A stretch of 64,000 nt of DNA from Octopus vulgaris (Eukaryota): the NCBI GenBank assembly GCA_951406725.2, contig OX597834.1, positions 16,802,001 through 16,866,000 on the forward strand. The letters are read 5' to 3'. The translations under genes and the position numbers were made by a program. Positions 36,857 to 49,519 of this stretch are shown piece by piece. How positions within the stretch are numbered: the first letter of the stretch is position 1; every line of letters starts with the position of its first letter. The notes under the pieces were generated by a model. The model made no database searches. It worked only from the letters and a program-made list of their open reading frames with translations, and had not been told where the DNA came from.

Positions 36857-39800
36857 GAGACGCCATATCACTGTGACGTGTGTGGTAAATCATACTCTCA
36901 AATCGGTCACTTCAATCATCACAAACTTTTTCACACAGGAGAGAAACCATAACATTGTTATATCCGTGGTTATCACTCACTGCAGGACTCAAGTTAAATA
37001 GTCACAAACGTATTCATACAGGAGAGAAGCCGTATCATTGTGGTATCTATCATCAATTTATTCTCTAGGAATACAAGTTTAGCTCAACACAAACATACAC
37101 ATACAAGTGAGAAACCATATCACTCTGTTCTCTGTGGAGAATCATTCTCTCAAAGTGGTAAGTCGTCTAGTCATGAACGTGTTCATAGAGCAGAGTAGCT
37201 GTTTCTCTGTGATATTTGTGGTAAATCATTCTCTAGAAATTTGCAGTTAACTACACACTAACATCTTCATACACAGGAGTGAATGTAATTACAGAGATAT
37301 TTTTTTTTTCGCTACTACTACTCTGGAACATACCTCAAACCTATTCACATAGAAGATAAGCAGTATCAACTTGATATTTGTGGTAAATTAATTTCTTTCG
37401 GCAATGACTAAACAATTCACAAACATGAAATTGAAATACAAGCCGTATCACAGTGACATCTGTAGACACAAAAACTATGCTATAACAATGTGATAATGAC
37501 ACTATGGATGAGACTTTTGTTTACAATAATGGTGCAACACATCAAAGCATGTTAAGAAACATGGACATACTCTCAGTGGGCTGCAAGCAAACCAACACCA
37601 TCAGAGAGGCCATTGGTCACAAACAGTGAATGCACATGCAAACAGGGTCAATCTGAACTTAATCTCTAAGACAGGTTTTTTTTCATTCTCCCTCCATTTT
37701 TTTTCCATTTAATCCTTTCTGGTGAAGAGCGTAGACTCAAAACGTCAAATACTTTTCCAGGTTTCTTCCACAAATAAATCAAACCAAAAAAATTAAATTA
37801 TTTGTTTTATCTTTAATTTCATTTCTGTTGTTGATATGAAACTATTGCTTTTGTTTTTATTATCCCCAAATTGAAAGCTTTTACACAGTATTCATTGAGA
37901 AATATTATACAAATATAATGAAGGTTATTGTGTTACTGGCAAATGGAAGCAAGTGTTTCTGCAATATTACCATACAGATTATTTGGGTAGAAAGGCAAGA
38001 AATGATTTATGCCAGAGCTATAAGAATGATAGTTGTAATATTAATAGCATTATTAGGACGGTGGACTGGCAGAATTGTTAGTATGCCAGGCAAAATGCTT
38101 AGCAGCACTTCGTTCATCTTTGCATTCTGAATCAGTATTCCACCGATGTCACCTTCGTCTTTCATCCTTTCAGAGTTGATAAAATAAGTACCAGTTTAGC
38201 ACAGGGGTTGATGTAATCGACTTGCACTTTCCTCCAAGTGTCTGTCCTTGTGCTAAACTTTGAAACCTGTAGTAATAGCAATATTTCTGAGAAAAAGGGA
38301 GGGCAGATAGGTAGGTAGTTGTTTCTACGTATTTATCAAATATTATGGTTTCGAATTTGGGCACAGGGACTGCAATTTTGGAGAAGGAGGTCTAGTTAAT
38401 TTCCACGATCGCTCAACTGGTATCCCAGCGCATAATGTCTAGAGAAATGACCTGAAGCATTTTGTCCAGTGTAGTACGATATTGCCAGCTCACCTGCTTT
38501 ATCTTTATATATAATATCTGTATGATAACCTGTGTATCAATTATGTATAAAAAATAACAACAGAAACAAAATTAAAAAGCATATCAGGATGTTGGGCCTC
38601 ATAGAGGAAATAATAATGAAGAAAGATATCTGGCAGTATGAGGATTTTGAGAAGGTCCACTCGTGTCAGCGAAACTGAGTTCTAGAAGTGCTGAGTGTCT
38701 AACCTACATTAACAAGAAAACTTCTCACACACTCCGAAACAACAAAGCAAACTACACCGCTTGCATTTCTTCTCTTCCTTGTGTATTTCCACTTCATGTA
38801 CCATGCTTACCTCCCACTCCGCAATCCTATCCTCTTGGCCCTGTCTCACTCACTGTATCATTTCATTGCTACCTGCCTGTCCCTGACCTTTGTGTTCCAC
38901 CCACACACCCTGTCTCACTGCATCATTGCCATCGGCTAGCCCCTGACCTGTGTAATATTAGTAGTAAAATTAGGGCGGCAAGCTGGCAGGATTGTTAGTA
39001 TGCCAGGCTAAATGCTTAGCGGCATTTCATCCATCTTTACATTCCGAATTGATATTCCACCGATGTCACCTTTGTCTTTCATCCTTTCAGAGTTGATAAA
39101 ATAAGTACCAGTTTAGCACAGGGTTGATGTGATGGACTTGCACCTTACCCTAAGTTTCTGGGCCCTGTCTCACTCCCAAGTTCCACCAACACATGACAAG
39201 AAAACTTTTCATACACCCTATCCCAACAAACCAATCTATATCTCTTCTCTTCCTCACCTTCCCTCCTTCATATACTGCCTACCTCTCACTCCTCAATCCT
39301 GTCCTCACAGCCCTGTTTCTCAGTAACACTGCTATCCAGTACCTACACTAAATGTGCCCAAGTTTTCACCACTCACTTCCCCACCCTTCTTTACATTCTA
39401 ATCCCGCTTCTTTTGCCATATCATTCCACTTATATTACGGAGTTCGAACCTCAAGAGTATGCCCCGGCACTTGCCAGCATCTATATCTCTCTCTTCCTTT
39501 ACTCAACCATCCCATTTACATTCTGATCCCTGTCCTTTATGTGTATGGCCAGCACTTTGCCACCATCTCTATCCTGCTGTCTCCCACTCTCTCTCTCTTT
39601 CTCTCTTTCTCTCTCCTTCTCTTCCCTCAGGTTGGGCAACCATATATCTCCTTTGTGGCAGCACGCCTGTGTCTGTCTTCATTGTTGATCTCTCTCTCTC
39701 TCTCCAGCTGGGTAACTTTGTGCCTCCTCTACAGCAAGGCACCTATTTCTGTCTCTCTGTCTCACTATAACCTATCATCATCTGATATAAGATCACCTCC

Positions 39801-41471
39801 TCCAATGCCCCTTCTCTTTGCAAAAGATTTTCGTCTTGCAAGTTACTTGGTGACCTCATCAGTGCAGGCGCCACTTAAAAAGCATCCAGTCCACACTGTA
39901 AAGTGGTTGGCATTTGTTAGGGCATCCAGTTGTAAAAACCTTACTAAAACTGACCTCACCTGTACTTGGGTCACATAAAAAGCTCTAAGTCCACTCTGCT
40001 GAGTGGTTGGTGTAAGGAAGTGTAGAGCAAGAAAACAAATACATGACATGACTTCTGCTGGAAGACAGGAAAAGATGTACACATCAAAAGCTACCTATGG
40101 AATAAACTTCCTCTCTCTTGAGATCCAAACTCGACTGTGCAAAACCACCTCACTAGAGAATAGCAGAATGGGTTCTCCTTATATAGCTTATGACGAGCTC
40201 TAGCAAATAGACATAAATTGCCCATGCTTGGCTGATCAGTCACATGATGGGATGGGAACCAGCATAAAACCAGAAAGGTTAGATCGATGTATTACCCATC
40301 ACTTAAACTCTGTAGAAAACAGGCGTGATAGCTGCTATTCGTCTCATTAAAGGCAGACAAGCAAACTTGTTACAATACATACATTAATAAATAAATCTAC
40401 TATAATACTCGTGTTTTCCTCTGTCACAGCATATGAATGAGAAAGGAAGGGGTGATGGCAAAGTGAAAGTGGGAGCGTTTAACTCTGAGCATATGTGTGC
40501 GTATGTAAAAGGGAAGTATGTGGATGTTTGTGTATGTGTGTGTGTGCAATAGAAGTGGGATAGTGAACATTCAATGCTGAAAAGAAAAATCAAACAGCGT
40601 TTCAACTCTAAGTATATGTGTGTGCATGTACAAGGGATATAAATGTGTGTGAACATTGACAAGTGTATTACTGTGATTTACGATCTATATTTATATATGA
40701 AATACTACAATTAGCCGTCATTTTTGACAGCACGGGGCCTGCTAGTGAATACTAAAACAGGAAATCGACCTTTTGTCCTTATTTATTCTGTTTCTCTCTT
40801 TGATGAAATTCATTGCATATCTATCTAACGTACATGTTTGTAATTCCTGTAAGCAAATGAAACGCATGTAAATAAATAATACCAAAATAATATCCCAATT
40901 TCCTGTTTTTTTCTATAATAACTCCCTAAATAACAAGCCCATAATTTTGTATTTTGACTAATATATAGCAGCAACAGTGTCCACATATTGGATTGTAATA
41001 ATGGAATAAGATGTTCTTCCAGAGGAAACAATACACATATCTCTATATATATAAACGGCAAAATATCTGTGTGTGTGTCCTTTATACAAATCCACAATTT
41101 TTCAGTTAGAGGGCTTGCACTTTCTATGGTCATTCAAAACCGTCCAAGGGTGGTCGTGCACATCTTTACGTTTCCCCAGTCACCCTGCAAAGCCATTAAA
41201 AAATCAATAGAAGTGACTTTAAGTGAATTTTCTATCCAAAACCCAATCAAAATGCCCGAAAGTTGATACGTTAATTGAATGCCAGCTAGCTGTATGTGAT
41301 TGGTTGGAGATTTGGACAGTACTCGCGTGTATGTGCACACGCACGCAGCTGTATATGCATGCACTAGCACTATGACCAGGCAACACCTGGTCATAGTGCT
41401 AGTATATTCGTGCTCCCATATCTCCATATCTCTAGACAAGATACACACACACACACACATATATATATATA

Positions 41472-41860
41472 CTTGCAGTATCGCCCGGCGTTGCTCGGGT
41501 TTGTAAGGGAAATAACTATATAAGAATTTTTAGAGAGTTATAGCAAAAAAATGCACTAAAAATGGAAAAAAAAATGATGGTAAATTTTTTTTAAATCGTT
41601 GACTCATCGTAGACATTTTTAGAGAGTTACTTCCCTTATATAATAGCGAAAAAATGCATTAAAATGGAAAAAAAATGATGGTAATTTTTTTTTTTAATCG
41701 TAAGACTCATCGTAGACGTGCGCTAACACCCAGAAGGGCTCGATATGAATCACGACTATAAGATACCCGCTTTTGGTTAAACTGCACCGCAAAATGTGGG
41801 AGTAGTTAGGAATCTAAATCGTAGGAGACAGACACACAACTTGACTTTTATATATAAAGA
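41472..41860 (-). mobile_element. Non-autonomous Helitron
   Basis: 5' TCTTTATATATAAAA, 3' hairpin CCCGAGCAACGCCGGG then C(T/A)AG; five similar copies in the window. Confidence 0.85.
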
Positions 41861-41973
41861 TATATATCTAGGAACACACAAATATGCACACAGATTCGAC
41901 AGCAATGTAAATTCACACACGTGTAAAAAGGCCAGCCTAGAATTAGCAGACGCCACATTCTGACGTTTCACAC

Positions 41974-41994
41974 TGCGCATGTGCAACCGGATGT
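41974..41994 (+). promoter_or_regulatory. NRF1-like + ETS motif, putative ZNF-E promoter
   Basis: TGCGCATGTGCAACCGGATGT ~150 bp upstream of the donor at 42143. Confidence 0.6.
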
Positions 41995-42290
41995 CAATTT
42001 TCGCTAACGCATTTTCAGTTTCGCTTCCCAACATCGACCAAAGAATTGCTGATGAGTTTCTCGCTTCGAACAGGTCATAGTAACGACACATCTGATGAGT
42101 TTGTATCACTGATTTTTCAATAACAGCTGTGATTTATATGAGGTATTCTTCTTAATGATCTTCTCGTCATTCGATCGTTTTGCTTTTCAAATTCATTAAT
42201 ATGAATTGTGTGTAATGTATGGAATTGCAGCGTAATTTCGAATATAGAAGGAATGTAGAAAAATATGGGTTTTTTTCTTAATGAAACAGT

Positions 42291-42742
42291 TAAGACTATG
42301 CAGTAATATATATCTGGAAGATCCTGGAAGGAATTGTGCTAAATTTTGGCAGTGAAAGCTACACCAATTCCAGAACGGGACGACACTGCATAGTGCCAAA
42401 GGTCCCAGCAATGCCATCACGCTTCAGGACCAGTTACTGCAAAACAGCCTGGGTTTCGAGGGCCCACAGCTTTATAATATTCTCCCAAAGAGTCTGAGGA
42501 ACTTGCACAAAGTAGATGTAGGGTTTTTTTTTATCAAAGCTGAACATCTTCCTGTCGAGAGTCCTAGATGAACCTACCTCACCGCAAGAGGTGCAAATGA
42601 GGGTAGCTGTATCAAACTCCATGCTTCACCAAGTGCCACATATTGGAGGAGGCTCTTAGTAATAACAGTGGAGCAAAACGGCGGTGCATCAGCATGGCCA
42701 CAGCTCTGAGCTAAAACTAGAGAAAAAAAAAGAAAGAAAGAA
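42291..42742 (+). mobile_element. CR1-group LINE 3' fragment (second family)
   Basis: YAVIYIWKILEGIVLN..GPQLYNILPKSLRN..FLSRVLDEP with frameshifts; A-rich tail; interrupts conserved intron sequence. Confidence 0.75.
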
Positions 42743-42868
42743 TGAAATCAAATCAAATCAAAACATTGTTTACTTCCAACGGGATATTGCAGAGGTTACA
42801 AACATAAGTTCATAATTTCTGATTACTCTTATACCCTTCATCTTGGAATTAACATTTTTATCCCTAAA

Positions 42869-43256
42869 ATAGCAGTATCGCCCGGCGTTGCTCGGGTTTG
42901 TAAGGGAAATAACTATATAAGCATTTTTAGAGAGTTATAGCCAAAAAAATGCATTAAAAATGGGGAAAAAATTATGGTAAATTTTTTTTTAAATCGTTGA
43001 CTCATCGTAGACATTTTTTAGAGAGTTGCTTCCCTTATATAATAGCGAAAAAATGCATTAAAATGGAAAAAAATGATGGTAAATTTTTTTTTAATCGTAG
43101 ACTCATCGTAGACGCGCGCTAATACCCAGAAGGGCTCGATATGAATCACGACTATAAGATACCGGCTTTTGGTTAAACTGCACCGCAAAATGTGGGAGTA
43201 GTTGGGAATCTAAATCGTAGGAGACAGACACACAACCTCTCTTTTATATATAAAGA
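42869..43256 (-). mobile_element. Non-autonomous Helitron
   Basis: Same termini and body as 41472-41860. Confidence 0.85.
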
Positions 43257-43559
43257 TATGTATTTAATATTGTTGTTTTTTCTCTTCCGTAATATGTATT
43301 TTTTTTTTTACCGTGGAAGTATTGTTAAGTCGTAAATTAAATTTACCAAATTCTGTTACCTATGTTTTGAAAAGGAAACATAATACCGTCTACTACTTGT
43401 AGTACTACTATTTTAAATGTAGGTGGATTTATGGTTTAAACACCTCATATAACTACACATAACTTTTTTGTGCTGACAGTCTGAATTTTTTGCTTAACTC
43501 CCAGCGAAGGACCATTAAATGTGTTTATGTGGAGGAAGATATTAGTAAACATGAATACA

Positions 43560-43946
43560 TCGTTTATATAAAAGTGAGGTTGTGTGCTGTCTGTCTCCTA
43601 CGATTTAGATTCCTAACTACTCCCACATTTTGCGGTGCAGTTTAACCAAAAGCCGGTATCTTATAGTCGTGATTCATATCGAGCCCTTCTGGGTATTAGC
43701 ATGAGTCTACGATTTTAAAAAATTTACCATCATTTTTTTCCATTTTAATGCATTTTTTCGCTATTATATAAGGGAAGTAACTCTCTAAAAATGTCTACGA
43801 TGAGTCAACGATTTTTAAAAAAATTTACCATCATTTTTTTTCCATTTTTAATGCATTATTTTGCTACTTTTTGGCTATAACTCTCTAAAAATGCTTATAT
43901 AGTTATTTCCCTTACAAACCCGAGCAACGCCGGGCGATACTGTTAG
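43560..43946 (+). mobile_element. Non-autonomous Helitron
   Basis: 5' TC, 3' hairpin + TTAG, inserted between A and T. Confidence 0.85.
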
Positions 43947-44487
43947 TCGTTTATAAAGAAACAAGAAAGGTATCAGTTGATTATAAGATGTGCCTAGAAC
44001 AAAAACAATCTTGTTTTTGATTTTTTTCCATAATATGAATTCGTGTGTGTATAACACAAGATTGGAAATTTTTTTTAAATTTCAAAATACAAAAAAGTTA
44101 CGAGGGATTATATGTGGTGCATAAACTAAGATTCCACTCAAATGTGGAGCTCAAATGTGGACATAAATATTTGTATTTACAGTTTACCAATATGTATAAT
44201 TTCCATAATTGAAACTATTTGAAATATTGCCTACATCTTATACTGTTTCTCTTTTATTTCAGAAATATCAAAATGACATTGGCTTAATAGTACTTAACTT
44301 AGATGTATCATTGATATTTATCATCTTACACAAAGTAAAGAAGGTTGCTACACAAAATGGATATATTCCCACATCTATGAATCTGTGATAGAATTGGTGT
44401 TACATAATTGTTGTTGTGACTTGGGACCATTAGCAAAATTTCTCTATTTCACTGCCAGGAATATCTTCAAGAGTTGGAAGTAAAATT

Positions 44488-45516
44488 ATGGAAAATGAAT
44501 TCTGTGAGGAACCAATTGAAATTAAAATAGAGACTGAGCGAGTTGATTCTCATGATGAGATTCAGAATGAGAGAGAAGAAAAACCATACTCCTGTGACAT
44601 CTGTACAAAGTCATTCTCTCAGAAACACCACCTAAATGATCACAAACGTATTCATACAGGAGAGAAGCCATATCGTTGTGATATCTGTGGTAAGTCATTC
44701 TCTACAAGTGGTACTTTAAGTACCCATAAACATATTCATACCAGAGAGAAACCATATCACTGTGATATCTGTGGTAAATCCTTTTCCACAAGTAGTTCCT
44801 TAAATACTCACAAACGTATTCATACGGGAGAGAAACCATATCACTGTGATATCTGTGGTAAATCATTCTCTACAAATGGTAACTTAAACAGTCACAAATT
44901 TACTCATGCTGAAGAGAGACCATACCCGTGTGATATCTGTGCTAAATCCTTCTCTCACACATCATCCCTAACTAAACACAGAAGTATTCATACAGGAGAG
45001 AGACCGTGCCAGTGTCAGATTTGTGGTAAATCCTTCCCAGATAAAAGTAAATTACAAAGACATATATATATTCATACAGGAGAAAAGCCCCATTGCTGTA
45101 ATATCTGTGGCAAATCATTCTCCCAAAAGAATGATTTAAATAAACACATACGAATTCATACAGGGGAAAAACCATATCACTGTGATATCTGTGGTAAATC
45201 TTGCTCTCAAAGTAGTGACTTAATTAAACATAAACGTGTTCATACAGGAGAGAAACCATATCAGTGTGATATCTGTAGCAAGTCTTTCTCTGAAGGCAGT
45301 GCCTTACATATTCATCGACGTATTCATACAGGAGAGACACCATATCACTGTGATATCTGTGGCAAATCATTCTCTCACACATCTCCCCTAATTAAACACA
45401 GACATACCCACACAGGGGAGAGACCATACCACTGTGAGATTTGTGGTAAATCATTCCCATATAAAAGTAAATTACAGAGACACATATATGTTCATACAGG
45501 AGATAAACCCGTATGA
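44488..45516 (+). CDS. C2H2 zinc-finger protein ZNF-E (342 aa, 11 fingers)
   Basis: Intact ORF ended by a small insertion carrying TGA at ~45511-45516. Confidence 0.85.
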   Translation: MENEFCEEPIEIKIETERVDSHDEIQNEREEKPYSCDICTKSFSQKHHLNDHKRIHTGEKPYRCDICGKSFSTSGTLSTHKHIHTREKPYHCDICGKSFSTSSSLNTHKRIHTGEKPYHCDICGKSFSTNGNLNSHKFTHAEERPYPCDICAKSFSHTSSLTKHRSIHTGERPCQCQICGKSFPDKSKLQRHIYIHTGEKPHCCNICGKSFSQKNDLNKHIRIHTGEKPYHCDICGKSCSQSSDLIKHKRVHTGEKPYQCDICSKSFSEGSALHIHRRIHTGETPYHCDICGKSFSHTSPLIKHRHTHTGERPYHCEICGKSFPYKSKLQRHIYVHTGDKPV

Positions 45517-46464
45517 ATTGCTGTAATATCTGCAGAAAATCATTCAGTGAAAATGGTGACTTAAATAGATACATATTGATTCATACAGGAGAAAAACCAT
45601 ATCAGTGTGATATCTGTGGTAAATCATTTTCTAAAAGTCCTACCTTAACTAAGCATAAACATATCCATACAGGAGTAAACCATAACAATGTGACACCTGT
45701 GGCCAGTCATTTTCCAGGAATGGATATTTAGCTAAACACAAATACACACATATTGGTGAGAAAACATATTGTGCTACTTGTGGGAAATCTTTCTCTCAAA
45801 GTAATGACTTATCCAAACACAAACGCACTCATATAAGTGACAAGCCATATCAGTGTGACATCTGTGAGAAATCATTCTCTACTAATAGATACTTAACTAA
45901 ACATAAGTATATATTTCTTTACTACCCACACGGGGCTAAACACAGAGGGGACAAACAGGGACAGACGAAGGGATTAATTCGTTTACATCGACCCCAGTGC
46001 GTAACCGGTACTTAATCTATCGACCCCCGAAAGGATGAAAGGCAAAGTCGACCTCGGCAGAATTTGAACTCGGAACATAACGACAGACGAAATACGGCTA
46101 CGCATTTCACCTGGCGTGCTAATGTTTCTGCCAGCTCACCAGGAGAGGGACCGGGTGTCCATGATATTTATAGTGAATCATTCTCTTCTGGTGAAGCTTC
46201 AATTATACACAAACCCAATCCTGCAGCTGAGGAGACGTATCAGTGTGATACTGAATAATATTTAACTATACACAAACACACTGATACAGGTGAGCAGTCA
46301 CATCACTGTGACGTATGTGGCAGATCATTCTCTCAGATAAGTACCTTGTCTTAATCACAAATACATCCACAGAGCTGAAAACTATAACTTTGTGATGTTT
46401 GTGGTAAACCATTCTGTAGAAATTTTGAATTACCCAGACAGAAACGTCTTCATACAGAGAAGTA
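45517..46464 (+). pseudogene. Degenerate tail of ZNF-E, colinear with the ZNF-A C-terminal fingers
   Basis: [32 protein letters not shown] and [36 protein letters not shown] remnants. Confidence 0.85.
45913..46140 (-). mobile_element. Meta-domain SINE inserted in the ZNF-E tail
   Basis: Family 2 body; flanks rejoin to KHKYI..GEG of the ZNF-A homologue. Confidence 0.85.
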
Positions 46465-46703
46465 ACCATATCTGAGGGACATGTTTGGCTATTTCTTTTC
46501 CTGAAATGGGTGGCTTAAAACAACACACACCTATTTAAACAGAAGAGAAGCAGTATCAGCTTCATATTCGTGGTAAATTGACTTCGGTTGGTGATGGCTG
46601 AACAAGATGAAAAAGAAGCCACATCACTGTGATATCTGTAGACACAAGAAAGAAGCTACAACAATGTCATAATGGTGTTCTAACAATATATTTTATATAT
46701 AAA

Positions 46704-47099
46704 CGCAGGAGTGGCTGTGTGGTAAGTAGCTTGCTTACCAGCCACATGGTTCTGTGTTCAGTCCCACTGTGTGGCACCTTGGGCAAGTGTCTTCTACTAT
46801 AGCCTCGGGCCGACCAAAACCTTGTGAGTGGATTTGGTAGACGGAAACTGGAAGAATCCCGTCGTATATATATATGTGTGTGTGTGTGTGTATATGTTTT
46901 TGTGTCTGTGTTTGTCCCCCCAACATCACTTGACAACTGATGCAGGTGTGTTTACGTCCCCGTAGCTTAGCGGTTCGGCAAAAGAGACCGATAGAATAAG
47001 TACTAAGCTTACAAAGAATAAGTCCTGGGGTCAATTTGCTCGACTAAAGGCAGTGCTCCAGCATGGCCACATTCAAATAACTGAAACAAGTAAAAGAGT
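46704..47099 (+). mobile_element. CORE-type SINE family 1
   Basis: Full-length homology to other copies. Confidence 0.85.
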
Positions 47100-47988
47100 A
47101 TATAACTACAACTGGTGATGTTAATGAGTTTTGTACTTCTACTAATGATATGGGTGATATCTTCAACACTGGCATGGCATAATCATCATTTTCTACTAGT
47201 CTGGGAGTTTAGAATCAAATGTATATGTTTCATGAATCAGGTATTTAGTTGCCACTTCCTGTTGTTAGAGAGCAATTGCCTAGATGAAATACGATGCATA
47301 CATTGCATGTCCAGAAGAGGCTACTATTCCTGTCAATGTTATTGGCATTCTCTACCTGGTGTATCCATGAATAAAGTTTTGCTCATGTGATGGATATTTC
47401 TCTTTCAAGTCTCCTAGTAGTTCAACCCAGCTCCCTTTGTGTGTGTGTGTGTGTCCTTGTCTTGATATTGTGATGTTTGGAAGTGAGGTGTCCCTGCCAT
47501 ACAAGCAATGCCATTTGTTTCAAATCTTCCATGAAGAACTTAGTTAGCCACAGTGATGTGTAACTTTGCATCAATGAAATGTGTGACCCAGGCAGGCACA
47601 GAAAAGTAGATATTTAAATAATAACTATCCCTCTCTCTCTTTCGGAGAGGCACTGAGCAGCTATACACACACGGCAGTAACTTCCACCTACCGAATTCAA
47701 TCACAAAGCTTCGGTCGACTCGGGGCTATAGCGGAAGACACCTACCCAAAGTGCCATACAGTGGGACTGAACCCGAAACCATATAGTTAGGAAGCAAGCT
47801 CCCTAACCACGCAGCCATGCCCGCGCCTACAGGCATGCCCTATGATATAGACAAACACACATATTTCACCGTTAAAATGGTAGAAAAATATATTTATTGA
47901 TTCTTGATTTAAAGACTTATTCTGACTCAGATCTGTTGTGGAGAAACTAAAACAAACAATACAGTATGGACAAGCCTTTTGTTTACAA

Positions 47989-48190
47989 CAGTGGTTTTCA
48001 ACCAGGGTTCCGCCAGTACAGTCCAGGGGTTCCGCAAGAAGTTACAAAACTGCTAAAAATCGGCAGTAATTTTTAATTCTCCTGTGCAGATATGTGTGCA
48101 TAAGACTATTAAATTATTGCACAGGGGTTCCTCGAGCCAGTGGAATGATTCCTTGGGGTTCCGCTCCAACAAAAATGTTGAAAAGCACTA
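47989..48190. mobile_element. hAT (Charlie-like) MITE
   Basis: TIR cagtggttttcaac / gttgaaaagcacta; 8-bp TSD GTTTACAA; empty site in paralogs at ~26472 and ~37519. Confidence 0.85.
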
Positions 48191-48339
48191 GTTTACAATG
48201 ATAGTGCAACATGTTAAAGCATGTTAAGAAACATGGACATGCTTTCACAGTGAACTGCAAGCAAGCCAACTCCATCAGAGAGGCCATTGCACATGCAAAT
48301 AAGTTCAATTTTAACTTACTCATTTACATGTATTTATCA

Positions 48340-48656
48340 TCATCGTGGTATCCCGCAGCCCGGGGGTCCCAGTGTTTGGTACCATTATATTAGAATTCTT
48401 ACACTTTTGATCCATAGAGTATATTGGCCAGGACACTGGGGTAGGTGGCCAGGTCTTTCCCCGGGCCAGAGCCATTTAGCCAGCATACTTACCATATGCC
48501 GTTGCCACCCCCAGCACCACGGTGAGGAGAACGGTTGGGCTTTGGAGGGGGACAAAGCCAATCTGAAAGAAGCGGCCCAGGATAGAACTGACTGGAGGAC
48601 ACTGATCCAACGAGTAACCGAGAGTCGACTTCGACTGAGCGGATAGGAAGGAAGGA
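48340..48656 (+). mobile_element. Short RTE/BovB-like element
   Basis: Ends with LKEAAQDRTDWRTLIQRVTESRLRLSG* and a (GGAA)n tail. Confidence 0.6.
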
Positions 48657-49519
48657 TCATCATCGTTTAACATTTGTCTTCCATTCATGCATGGGTAGGA
48701 CGGTTGACAGGAGCCAGCCAGGTAGACTTACTCAAGCTACTGTGTTTTGGCAGGGTTTTTGTGGCTTGATGCCCTTCGTAACACCAACCACTCTGCAGAG
48801 TGGACTGAGTGCTTTTCATGTGGCATTAGCACAGGCAAGGTTAGTTTTGGCATGATTTTTACTCTTGCATGTACTTCCAAATGAACTTGCAAGAATTTGG
48901 TCAGATGGGGCTGTTATAAAAGACTTGCTGAAGGTGCTATGCAGTGGAACCAAAACCAGGGAAACCTGGTTCAGAAGCAAGCTTCTTAAGTCGACAGCTA
49001 CTCCTGTGCCTATTCCTTACACACATATATATATATATTCACCATTATCATTGTAACGTCTACTTTTCTGTGCTTGCATGGCTCAGAGGAGAGTATGTTA
49101 GGACACTGCCCAGCCCAGGAATTGAAACCATGGTCTCACCATAACCTCTACAAGTAAATAAACTATAAAAAAAAAAATATTGGTTTTTTTTCTTTTATTT
49201 CATTTCTGTTTTTGACATGAAACTTAGTTGTTTTTTTTCTCTCTCCAAATTGATAGTCTTTCAATAGTAATCAGTAAGAGATACAAATATAATGATGGTT
49301 GTTGTGCCAAAAGAAAACAAATATTACAGCAATATTACAATACAGATTATTTGGATAGAGAGAGACAATAAATGATTTATGCAAGAGCTATAAGAGTAAC
49401 AGTTGCAATATTTCTGGGGTGGCGGGGAAGGAAATGCAGGATAGTAAAGAAGGGAGGGTACATAGGTAAGTAGTTGTTCCTTTGTCTGTATATATATATT
49501 ATGGTTTCAAATTTGGACA

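Larger units (their letters stand above)
42143..44262 (+). other. Inferred 5'UTR intron of ZNF-E
   Basis: Conserved donor (atatgag|gtattc) and acceptor (ttttatttcag|aaatatc). Confidence 0.68.

Noticed and set aside
39352-39978. 208-aa ORF
   Set aside because: Low-complexity CT-rich sequence running into an RTE-UTR remnant; no recognisable domain.
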